From contig JAYWIR010000029.1 in assembly GCA_036172245.1 (NCBI GenBank), positions 1,178,001 through 1,242,000 on the forward strand: a stretch of DNA of 64,000 nt, in the 5' to 3' direction. Of this stretch, positions 25,100 to 36,964 are shown piece after piece; the first letter of the stretch is position 1, and each line of letters opens with the position of its first letter. The position numbers and the translations under genes were made by a program. Below the pieces are notes generated by a model. It ran no database searches and was not told the origin of the DNA. It saw only the letters and a program-made list of their open reading frames with translations. The stretch is from Raillietiella orientalis (lineage: Eukaryota).

Positions 25100-28000
25100 A
25101 AATCCCCATCTCCCCTCCGCGAAGCCGGGGGATGCGAAAGTACGGCCGCAAGCCCCGAACTGAATGTCGGGATGCCCGTCCTTGAGGAGAACCATCCATA
25201 ACCATCCAGCGAAGACGCCCGGATGGCGGGAGGCGGCGGCAACGACGAGCAAGCACCGGAAGTCCCGGCGTCGAGGGAGTCGGTGGTCACGGAGCCTCCA
25301 GCTGAAAGCGGCGGGAAGTGGGAGGCAGCGTGGATCGCGCGCTCCACTTTTTACCACTCAGAGCCACTCCACGGCCATCGCAGCATCCGCCCACCGGTCC
25401 CCTCTCCGTAAAGGTGAAGCAGCCTGCTCCTGGGTCTGGTTCGGAAATCCCGAAAGATCATCACCAAGGAACGCGTGCGTCCATCCTACATAGATTAGTG
25501 TACAAGTTCATTTCAATGTACGAATCTATTCATGTTCTATCAACATAGTTGTTATTAGCAGTGATGTCATTGGAACAGATCTATTCATTAAGATTCAGTA
25601 GCCCATTTCATTAATAGAATGAATGAATTGTTGATTACATGTGCTATACATATTAAAGATTACAAAAAAGAGATACATTTGTTTCTATTCACATATATAT
25701 TTACACAATGATTAATATATGGATTAATGTATATCATGAAGATCGGAAAAAATAAATATATTATAAGCACTGACACATACATTCATACACACATATATAT
25801 ATATATGTGTATGTGCGTGTGCACAGATACAGATAGAGATACAGATATATTATCTATAAATACTGATCTATATAATAAGCATATATACGTATTTTTTATA
25901 ATCTTTAATATACATACATCAACAATATAATCGCCAACTCAGTGATTGTGTGGATAAAATGTATGTCATTGAACCGTAATAAATACATCTGCTCCCATAA
26001 CATCACTGCCAATAACATGAATGTTGATAAACATGAATAGCTGTGTACATGGAAATAACTTTTGTGCGTGAATCCATGTAGGATATGCACATGTGCTTAT
26101 TTTTTATGACCTTTCGGGATTCGGATGGGCACCGCTGCCTCTGTGGTAAGGAAAACCCTCCGGGTAACTTCAGATCACCGTCTGCAGCTCGTGGGATTTC
26201 CGAGGGGGGGGCCACGGAAGCTACTACGGTTGCCTGGGTGCCCCCTTCCTCCCGTGGGATGAGCGTCAGCTGCCTGCTCGTTTACATTTTCCGGGAAGAA
26301 TCCTCCCGCAAACACACCAGAGTATTCTGCTGGTTGGCGTAGCCTTTAGAAGAGCTGAGCCGCTGAAGACGTGTCCAGCGGCTCTGGTTGGAAGAGGGAG
26401 AGCAGGATGTCTGGATGGTGAAGCAGGGTTACCGATGTCGGCATGGAGTGGCGCTTCAGCGACAGAGCTTCCGGAACGACTGTAGCTGGGACCGAACGCT
26501 TCATCCCAGCTTCCCGAAAGGATGCTGCCCTGCCATGCTGCCTGCCACCCTGGAATCATATCTCCCCGTCCTGCTGACGGCCCCTTGATCCCAGGCATCG
26601 TGAATCCTGCCCTGAGAGCTCCCTGAACTGTTCTGCCTGGTCCAGAGAGAGATGGAGCCCCACCTATCCCCGACTTTCTCGGCAGCACACAAAATTCCGA
26701 ATCCGCGGAGATGGAAACTGTTCTGGTCCTTGCTTCAGATCTGCAGCTCACTTGGAGAAATCAAAGAAATGTGTGCCGCTTGTCTTTCAACGCTTTCGTC
26801 CCTTCCGTCGCAGATCTGCGGAAACATTCGACCAAGATTTATGATGATAATTAGTCTTTGCTCATGAGTCTCCGCATCTGCTTTGCTACAGGGGAACCGT
26901 GCATCTTTTTGTCTTTGATTTGTTGTGTTACGTGCGCCGGTGTTTAGGCGTGAGCGTTCTTGCAGGAAAATGATCAATGACCGCTTCGCCCTCATTTTGC
27001 CAAAAGCCAGAGCAGCGCTCCCCAAAACTGGATGCTGCCAAAGCTCCCCGTGCGTGGGAAAAGCAAAGGACTTCCCGGTTAATAGCTCAGAGGTTCCGCG
27101 AGGGATGGCTACGTATTGACAGGTCAGTTGGCTGACCGTACCCGCCCTACAAATCCTCTTCCGTACTGCGTCTCGGCGCCGCAATTCTTTCACGCCCAAG
27201 AGCCACAGGTTAGCCTTGTCTTCATGCGGTTTCCATGACATTCTTTTACTTTCCTTCCTCTGACGTTTCGCTTTCTTCCATCCGCCTGATCGCTGAAAAA
27301 CGGCGCAGCAGCTCTTCCGTCAGCCCGGAGGAAGAACTGACCGCTGTCCACTTCGCAGCTTTGTCTGCCTTGGGGAATCCTGCAACATCGGGTGTTGGAA
27401 AAAGCTTGGCAGAAATGTGGGAGAGAACATGCTGCAGCAGAGCGCCTAGAGAGCGAACACAGGGGAGTGCGGAGCCTCCAGATGTGTGGACCGCTTGAAC
27501 TCGGGCTTTTTCAGCTCAGTGAGGAAGCCGAGAAGATTCAAAGAACGATCGCAAGTAAACAAAAGCGGGAAGAGCAGGAAACTGGCATGAGACCGTGGTT
27601 GCTGAGGCTGCACCATGGGCCACGTGTCTGGAACACGCTTTAGTAAACTGGGCTGCAAAGACGCCAGTGTTAAGTAGCAGCGTGAAAGGGTGGAATAGCA
27701 GTCACGACAAGGCTTCTAAGCCACAGAACCAGAAGGCCCAAAGGTTCTCTGGAAGTTGCATAAGCAGAGACCTCCTCAATTCTGAATGGCAGATTACTCT
27801 CGGATGCCGCGAACAAGCAAGAACTTTTTCGGCTACCGAGGGAAACCTCAGCAAAAACTGCGTGTTCCCAAGTAGCGAAGCGTTGCAGAAATGATGCGTT
27901 CGCAGCTCAAGTAATCTGATAGAACAAAGATGTCCTTGAAAAGGGGAAAAAGGACCGAGGAACCGTGCTTGTGAACTGGGTTCGAGAGTGATCGAGATAG

Positions 28001-28170
28001 CTACCGCGGCTGCTAGGTTACAGCAATTTATGATCTTAAACTCGGAAGACGGAATGCCATTCTAAGTCGGCTCCTGCTCTGGTTGATAACTAAAATCCCG
28101 CTGGACGAAGGACTTTCGACCACCAGAAGGATCCACCGAAGCAGTTCGAAACTGGTCCTTTAAAAAAAGG
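25100..28170 (+). mobile_element. Decayed L1/Tx1-like non-LTR retrotransposon ORF2 relic, interrupted by foldback element 1
   Basis: Remnants in order: AKTPGW (cf. KSPGxDG); after the insertion WAPLPL (cf. WRPISL), VAFRRAE (cf. DFxKAFD), KGCCPAML (cf. QGCPLS), LGNP (cf. GGLGxP). Ends near CCTTTAAAAAAA at ~28160. Confidence 0.45.
25446..26121. mobile_element. AT-rich foldback/MITE-like element 1 (676 bp) with long imperfect terminal inverted repeats
   Basis: Termini AATCCCGAAAGATCAT and ATGACCTTTCGGGATT. The arms align over roughly 250 bp (e.g. CTATTCATGTTCTATCAACAT / TGTTATTAGCAGTGATGT against their reverse complements). CGGA is duplicated at 25442-25445 and 26122-26125. Confidence 0.8.
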
Positions 28171-30246
28171 AAAGAAAAGGAAATTCACAGCCTGCTGAAG
28201 TCTGGGCAGAATTCGCTCCAGACTTCAGAAAGGCAACCCAAATGGGTAGCTAAGATACTGCGCCATTCTCACAAGCATTGCCTTGAATCAGTTTCCGTGG
28301 ACGAGACCGTGGGGCGGCAGAAAGCGCATCAGCATGACATAGCATCATCCGGATATAGTTTTCATTCTCACGCCGATCAAAAGCATCCGCATTCTATCTC
28401 GCCCAGCAAAATTGCAAAGCAGTGGGGACGAGAGCCATGATTGGGGAGGGAAATTAGCAGGTGCACCCTCAAACTGAGGCGCGGCAAGTCTATGCAAAAG
28501 GATGCTTTCCGAGGCAGAAAACGGAGGAATTGCGTGTGGTGCTCTGAACCGAGCAAACAGAATTGTGCCCTGCTCAACTTGTTTGCGTTCCTACTTAAGT
28601 GAAAGGAGAGTATCTGCTTCTATATTTAGGCATATCAAAGAATGGTGCTATGACGAATTCCAGAGCCCGGCGATTTTCCTTCCATTCTGGAAGGAAAATC
28701 TGGATGAAATCTAATTCGATTCCTCCGAGAAAGAAAATTTCGCCGCCGCCTGAAGTGCTGGATGCTCGGGGAGCCCAAAGTTTCAAACCACGGCGACCAC
28801 TTCGGAAAGCCACCATAAAGAAAATGGCCGGAAACCTTTGTGAGCCTTCCTGAAGAGGCTTGAAGACAGCGGATGTTCGAAACGGAGCAAAGTCAGTGGA
28901 AATGCAAATACTCACTGGGGGGACTGAGTTTCGAAAATAGCGAGGTCCCTTAAAAAGGCCTCACGTCCTTCTTTGGCTTTCCCTGTTTGTAACACCTCAG
29001 TTAGTCTGGTCGCTGCACTGGACAACCCTTCTCGAGTCTCGGTCTTTGGGGACACGCATTAAGATATTTTTTCCCGACAACAAAACGGGGATACTGCTGA
29101 GGAAGGAGACTTGAGATGAAAGTTTATATTCTCTGCTTGCCATTCATTAGACACGACGTAGCGGCTGCACACGGAAGAAATGTCCTAAATTCTCGAAATT
29201 TGGGTCTTCAAGTAAACTCACCTTAAGCACTCTTGGAAATAAGCGCTGGAAATGATAGACTGCAATTTTCTTCCTTTCGTAGGAGGGAGAGGAAAATGTC
29301 AAGATGGACAGGCAGCGAATTCGGTACGGATCTCGAATGGAAAAAGGAATGCACCGCCGAATTTTTCTCTTTCTCTCTCTCTCTCTCGTCTCTTTTCTAT
29401 ACAGAAGCCGCGAGATGCAAATCGATAAACATACGTGAAATTCGCATAGTAGCGACTGGGCGTCAAAACATCAAGATTCCTAAACAGGCAGGAAAGTGGA
29501 GGCGTCACCTGAGCAACACGCTTGTTTTCTGCTTATGAATGGCTAGGGGCTGTGGTGGAGTAAACGAAATGAAACGTGAAAGGGCAGGGCGCCCTTTGGA
29601 ATCAAAAAAAAAAGAACTCCGGTTCTCTTTATTGGTACGGATGAGGATATCCTAAACGCATGAAATCAGCCATTCAAAGCCAATTCATTCTTTCCCAGTT
29701 GCTCAGCTCTCGCCACAACGCGCTCCAAAGCACTCTGTCCTGAGACTCTGTGATGTATCGAAAAGAGAAAGGGCTCCTGAAAGCAAATCTGGACGGATCA
29801 CCCAAACCCGAAAGGTTCGCCTGCAGGAAGAGAAGACACTGAAGAGGACGGCACTCTGAAAGTCGCGTTGGCTATTGCCCTCTTTGAGAAGATGGAGGAT
29901 GAGGGCAGGAGCTACCCGCATCCTAAAGCAAAGTTCCCCTTTGAAGCTCCCACGAAATCGCTTCCTCTCCGCCTTCTGCTCTTTCGGATGTTTCTACTAA
30001 AAACTTTCGCATGCCTTTACAGGACTCCGGTGAAATGAAACGAGCGGTCCCTGACACCCTGCTCCATCCCAATCTTCGTCGGTGTTCTTTTCCTGAACTG
30101 CTCTTCGGTTATGGCGGATTCCGTGCTCCAGAAAATGACATCGAAATCCGAGCATAGGAAAAGAGGTCGAGTTCCCGAAAAACCTGACAAGGCAACGTGT
30201 CTTGTCGCTTAAGAACAGCCCTAAGATTGGTCAGCGTATTGCTGTT

Positions 30247-31930
30247 TCATGTATCTATAATTATTAGAACGCCTGTAGTATAAGTATTATTAAAATACCT
30301 ATGATAACAAAGAGAATACCGGTGTACCGTTTTGAGAGTGCATTCTGAGGACCGGTATGCTGATTTCTTTGCAAAGGACGAGAATGAAGCCGTGCGTTCT
30401 CGAATAGGTCGCGGTGTTCGGTGCTCGCTTTGGTGAAACTTCATGGGAGATGTTTCTTTTTCTTTCTTCTTCTTCCTTTTGCATGCTTTACTTTCATCAT
30501 GACGACCAATGTGATTTGTTAGCATTCCCCTTCGCAAATTCTCATTAGGGACTGCAATAATTATACGGAAAGCACTCTGTTCAGTTTGAAGCTGCAAATG
30601 ATGCTGCAACCATAAGCCGCTGCTGATGAGTTTCAACCTCCCAGAAACTGGTTTGAAATCAAAACAACAGAATTGCTCACGTCATCAAGTACGTTTTCCT
30701 TGTCGAACAGAAGAATTCTTGCAAACAAGCTTGAGTGACACCGCATCTGAGAGAGGCAATAAATTTCCATGGATACTCCGAAACTTTAGCATTTCCTCAG
30801 ACTGCTCACTGTTCTCCATGTCCATAGTTCATTCGTTAGAGATTCATGAACTCTTCTTGAATGGGCTTCTTCCTCGACAGCGCGCGGATGCTTTTCGTCA
30901 AAGAGCCTCGGGAGAGCTTGCATGATAAGAGATGATTTCCTGGGAGAGAATAAGACTTTCAAAATGTCATTCTGTCGTGGTGCCCACGATAATTTAAAAT
31001 GTAAATGTGGGCAGCCGCATCTTAGCGATGAGCCTAAAATGCAGCTGCCCATATTTACTAACAGTTTTGAATTTTCTCGCCAATAAGTTGGCTGCATTCG
31101 CAGCCAAGGACGAATGCTAAAAATTAGGAGATAAGGAAAAATGTTTAACCTTAGAGATGCAAGGCCGTTTGGGACTCGAAAAGTGAGAATCAACCAAAGT
31201 ACACGCTCTCAGACCAAGGTGAGGTATTTTGAGAAAAAAATGGTAAAAAAGACCAATTCTTCATTATGATGAAATCTTTGTTTATTATTGATACATGGAT
31301 CTTGTCCTCGAATTTGCAGATGTGTCCGTTGCTGCAAATGATGACACCGTGGATCATATTCTGATTTTCAGATTTCCCTTCCGGCAACCCATGTTATCAG
31401 AACATAACTCACCTTAGAATGCATCGGAAGGCTTCAGCTTACCAGGACTTGAGAAAAACTCGCAGTAGAACGGATTCTAAATATTCTTCTACAAAAGGAG
31501 TGAATCCACTATCCAGGAGTTTGCGCTTTAGAACCACCGTGTTCAAACCATCGTGGATAACCGGATTGGAAAAGTGCTTATCCAACTGCTCGATCCTCTT
31601 TTCCAGTTTCAGGATAAACTTGGACTCCAAAACCTTCATTCTTCGTCTCGGATAATTAATAATTCATAGTGCCTCAGCATTTGTATTTTTTTCTCGGATT
31701 GTATTCTTAGCTTTTCTCATGCGAAACTTAGTATTCCGGATTACGGTAACGCTTTGCCTTGTACCTAGCAAAAACTGTAATAATAATGATAATATTATTT
31801 TTTTGATGAAATGTTTTGTTAATGTAACGATTCGAAGTTCCAAACAGAATAAGGAGTGTTTTTCAAAATAAATAAATAAATTTTCCTTCCCTTTGTGCTT
31901 ACTTCAAATTTTTCTAATTTCCCTGGTCCC
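30247..31930 (-). other. AT-richer insertion of unknown origin with broken minus-strand ORFs
   Basis: Abrupt composition change at ~30247 interrupting the LINE endonuclease region. ORF fragments 31439-31639, 31190-31387 and 30786-31193. Boundaries are approximate. Confidence 0.3.
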
Positions 31931-32552
31931 CTTAAGAGAAATGGCACTGGGGAAAGCTTACTCTTTGGAGACTATCCCTTGTATTTGAAAACCCAGCTGG
32001 GCTACCAATTGAGCTCGACCGAGGATTGAAGCAGGAGTTGAACAGACGGTTCAAAGAACACGCAGATCGGAAGGCGGCATCTCATACTTCGTTTCCCCTG
32101 CGCCTGGACCAACGTAGGCTTCCACACCAAGGAAGCGAACTTCGTACCGCGAAAGGCATCCGAAGCGCCCGTCTCCGAAGATCGAAGCATTCGAGGCAGC
32201 ATCCGAAATAGATAACTTCATAAGGAAGTCCCAGTCGAACATTCCGACCAAAAGGCTAATTCACACGTGATTTGATGCCCATCTATTCACATGTGTTGAT
32301 TATCGTATGATGATTTGAAATTTCTGCCAAATTCCTGCCCGAAAGCCCAAACACCTCCTTTGAGTCTCAACCAAAGTTCTGCAGCCACCAAACCAAGTGC
32401 AATGGGGAGCTTGGAATCGATGGACCCAAATCTGAATATCAGCAACTCGGCCATCTTCGTGGTCGATAGATTTCGGTTCATCCACAAATCGCAATCTCGA
32501 GATCCACGTCCGTCATCTTGGCGGGTTTGGTACAAAAATCCCGATCGTTTGC

Positions 32553-33781
32553 AATCCCGAAAGATGTCAAATACAAATACGTATGCTTATTATGTACATA
32601 TTAGTGCATATGTTTATATATGGATCAATATATAGATCAATATATATCATCAAGATTATAAAAAATAAATTATACATCTATTATATATTTTATATGTTAT
32701 TATATCTTTGTTTGGTTATTATATATTTTAATGTAATCGCTAATACGTCTATCATCTATATTAATACATTTTATAATATTTATAATATATATATATATTA
32801 ATATACAGATTAATGTATATATTATAAATATTATAAAAATAGTACGCATATTAATTTATGTGAGTTAATATACGAATTTATTTAAAAAAACATATTTATG
32901 AATATTTATTGACAAACATATTACTGATGTATTTAAGGAGATGTATCAATATATTATTGTTACACATGCTAAATATTATAAAAATAAATCTATATGTTTA
33001 TTATATACGTGGTTATATATTTATACACATTATAAAAATAAAAAGCAGTGATTACAATTCAAAGCAGTAGAAAAAAATTTAAAAACAGACAAATTAGAAA
33101 AACCAAAAAGAAGCTTTGTGTTTCCTATCATTTCCAGCATCTGATAAATGACATTCTCTCAGGAAATGATGAATCCCATTCTCGGGATTTTGGTCATTAG
33201 ATAAATATACATGTTTATAATTCGATATTTATATATTCCTTTCATATATATTTATTATATTTTTAAATATACATTAATATATGTAATAAGCACATATATA
33301 TTCATTTTTATCGTATCGTTTTATATAGACATTTATGCATGATCTTCGTTATGTCAATAATATATGTGTTCATAAATAATATAAATATGCACGTTAAAGT
33401 ACATTTGTATATCAATCTATGTATAAATATACATATCACGATGCATAATGGGCATATGTATTCATTTTTTTATAATCATCAAAAAAATCTATATGTAACT
33501 AACTTATTATTAATTATATTAATAAACAATGTTTCAATAAACATGTGTTGATTCTTTATAATCTTCAGAATATATGTTAATCTGTATACAAATATGTAAA
33601 CATTATTACATAATGAGAACATTATAATGTATGTTTATAATATGTATGTCAATAAATGCTAGTAAGTATATATGTCAAAATAATATTACCATTACTAATA
33701 TGTATATCAATAAATATTAATAAATACGCATGCTAAAATAAATTTGTACATTAATATACATATATATATATATCAACACAC

Positions 33782-33859
<78 letters not shown>

Positions 33860-33917
33860 ATAAATACATATGTGCATTATGTGTGTATGTATTTACTTTT
33901 TATGATCTTTCGGGATT
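32553..33917. mobile_element. AT-rich foldback element 2 (~1.37 kb), same terminal family as 25446-26121
   Basis: Termini AATCCCGAAAGATG and ATGATCTTTCGGGATT. Internal degenerate subrepeats (AAGATTATAAAAAATA-like) face inward from both arms. Flanks TTGC / TTGA match at 3 of 4 positions. Confidence 0.7.
33785..33859. repeat. Compound (AT)n(GT)n microsatellite
   Basis: Directly visible dinucleotide run inside the right arm of foldback element 2. Confidence 0.95.
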
Positions 33918-36900
33918 TTGATCGGCAGCTCATGCTGGTACAGAGGAGAGGGAGATCAGCGAGAGCGTGGCGACTCTGGAAAACGACGCGACGTCTTTGA
34001 CTTGCAGTTTCGTCCAGTCCCCTGGTTTTGGGAAACCCAAGAACCGTCGTACGAAGGCAGCTAAATGGTCCATCCTCTGAAAGACTCTGAGCAAGTTTCT
34101 GGTGAGGTTATGCTGGAAAAATTCGAGGAGGAACGGCCGGAGAACGAGAAAATCTCTCGGATTCAGAGGGCATTCGGGCTGAATCTGAATTCTCAAATTT
34201 TCCGGTATCCCTCCATGAGGAACGCATCTTAGTGTTACTGATGCTAAATTGTCCGGAATTGTCGCTCAGATCTAACCTTCCTTTTGGATTCTTTCAAGTA
34301 GGGAGATATTACTTGGGAGATGAGAGATGGCAGGTATCCTATCTTCTATTTTCCAAGTTAAGGCGCTCCGAGGCCCGTTTCAGCAGCCTGCCTCGCAAAG
34401 GAAAGATCACACGAATGCATGGATGCTGTGAGGGACTTTTCCTTGCAACAGACGATTTTCATACCAGATGACAAGTGAAAATGATGATGATGATGATTGC
34501 TTCGAATATACTTTGAAGTGAAACTTTAGGTAACCTAACACAAACATATTGCCTAAGATTTCCTAGGCAAAAACATTAGACTGAGGCTGCAAGAAGCGAT
34601 ACTGATGAGGTTCTGATCATTCGTTTCCGTTTTTTTTTTGTTTTTTTTTTTTGAATGGAAAAGACAAACATTTGGGATTGCATTCACATCTGAAGAGACT
34701 GACTATCGGTGATAGCCTTCCCATATGAGCGGCCAAATTTGGCCACCAATAGCTTTTCTGTGTTGACCTCGGAGTGTTACAGAGAAGTGGATGTGTCCGC
34801 CATAACCTCTGACTCTTAGAAGGATCACGCAAGTAAACACACTGATGGGAACAAAAAATAGTCGGCACGAAAAGTGCTGCACAGACACAGTACAGCTTCA
34901 GTCTTCCAGAAGGCTTACGAACGGACACAAATGAAGGGTCTGAAGCGCGAAACATCCCGCTCGTAGCTTCAGAACAGATGCTTCTTCGCGGCGGATTCAG
35001 AAAGTTTTCCTCAAGGTTCGCGTCAGAATACGTAAGGTACAAATCGTGGCATTGGAAAAGGACGGTCGGTACACTTGGTGTTTATCTCCACTTAGTTTCG
35101 TCATAGACCAACCGACTGGTTTCATCGGTAGGTGGCTTATCCGTCACTGGACCTTCCGTTTGTCTCAGTGATTTCAAGCAAGGGCTGCAGAGATTACGCT
35201 CATAAGACTATGTGTGATTTATGCAGACGTCCCTTTATTGTGACATTCCCCTGGAATCCTTAGGTGCCTTACACCCATTCGTGTTTTCATAGCTAACAGA
35301 AGCACCATTTTATGGAGACCATTTGTAGTACGGCAGCAAAATTTGCAAACCGAAGAGAACTCGACGAGCCACGCCGAAAAATTAAGAAAATGCCTCAGGT
35401 GGCAGATTGATCACAGCCTGTGCGGAAAGAGGATTTTCACGATGGAAGTGGACACACTGTTTGAGCAAACCACCCTGTATCTTGGGAACACAGAAGCAGG
35501 CTGTAAGCCTTTTTGTCGATTGAGCCGCCGCTGTCAGAAAGCAAACCATTTGATCTGCTTGATTAGAAGACTCCATCAGTCGAACGGATCACACCGTCGC
35601 CAGATTGCAAGAAAAGTATATTCTTGATCGCTTGGGGAAGAGAATTTTTTCATCTGTACGGTGCACCGCTTGATTCCCTCATCCTGCTGAGAATTCAGAG
35701 TGTCCATCATTGAAAAAGTCTTGTACGTTTCAAGCATTCGATCTTCCGAGAGTTAGTGGTTAGCCAGAATAAAAATGAAGCTTCTCCCCGCCTTCATCCT
35801 CGTTGGAAATTCTCTGCTTCCCTCATAGAAATCTGCCTGGAATGTTTGGGAGGAGTCAGGTTCATTTGACCTGGTGAGGCGTTTCTATTTAGTTCTGGAG
35901 TCCAAATTTAGTCTCAGTCAAAGTCTCAGTCAGCTCCTCCAGAAGCAAGATTATTCCTCTCTATGAAAAAGGTTTTCAATCTGATGCTTCCAAAGCGGCA
36001 TAGGACTCTACGAACACCTTCCGGAGAAAGGGAAAATGTCGTTCTCAGCAAATGAAACGTTCCTTTGAATGAACCATCGGATTGTGACTCTCATTGTTCC
36101 AAGAAAGGAGTTATTTATGGTGATTCATTTCGATGTCTGATAAGATCAGTATCGCTCAGCTGGTGCTTGTGGACAGCCTTGATAAAAAAATGTAAAGGAA
36201 AACATTCTGGAAATGAGAATTACATAGCGAAGAGTTCACTCTGTAATTCCCATTTCCAGAATACATAGTGAATAGAAAAAGAAACAAAAGAAAATTCATA
36301 TCAGCATATCATTCAGGCGAGAAGGAATATCTTTCTTGAAAATTTGCGTGTTTGAAGCTGTTGAAAAATCTGAGACTCGGAACTGCTGAAATGCATACGC
36401 TCGAAACTACAAGTCTTAATGCATCCGACTTTCTGCGCCCCACTCTCTAATCCTTGAAAGACAATCGTCGAAATACACCTTTGTACGTACCAATCATGCG
36501 AGGAAGTACGTGAGACCACGAATAGGCAGTGATTGTGGACAGCCCCACGCTTCCCCTGAAATGGCAGGACTCGGCACTGCAATTGCTCCACTGGACAATC
36601 CCATTCAACGCACGAGTACATCACTGGACAAAGGGAAGTGCGGCCCCAGACGATGCCAGGCGTGGGGAACAGGAAATATTCCCGCACCTGTCGTTGGATT
36701 GCGATGCCCTCCTGAATGTCTGGGAACGCTTCGCCGCGATCCTCCCACTCCCGATGGGCAACGGCAGAGAGGCGTTTCGCGGTGCCTCTTCGATTTCGCC
36801 TGCAGCTTCCCTTGCAGTCTTCGTGCTGCCCTGGTGGGATTGTGGCGGCGAGAAGCCGCGCCGAAAGAGGCCAGTCGAACGGTGAGGTCATCCCAGTCGT

Positions 36901-36964
36901 CCGCTCCTTCATGAGGAAGGCGACAAGATGCCCACATCTCTGTTAACAAAAGGAGGAAGTTGCC

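Noticed and set aside
8000..25400. Numerous long overlapping ORFs in all six frames (e.g. 24289-25347, 9074-9877, 9120-9929, 23495-24265)
   Set aside because: Expected from stop-codon scarcity in GC-rich DNA. They are Arg/Pro/Gly/Ser-rich with no domain, and several lie inside the Tweedle introns.
28095..28165. Hammerhead-ribozyme-like motif (..CGAAACTGGTC), also CTGATGAG..GAAAC at ~30623
   Set aside because: The CTGANGA core or stem II pairing is missing.
30205..31936. TTAA-flanked piggyBac or Kolobok boundaries for the unknown insert
   Set aside because: CTTAAG occurs near both ends but the adjacent sequences are not inverted repeats.
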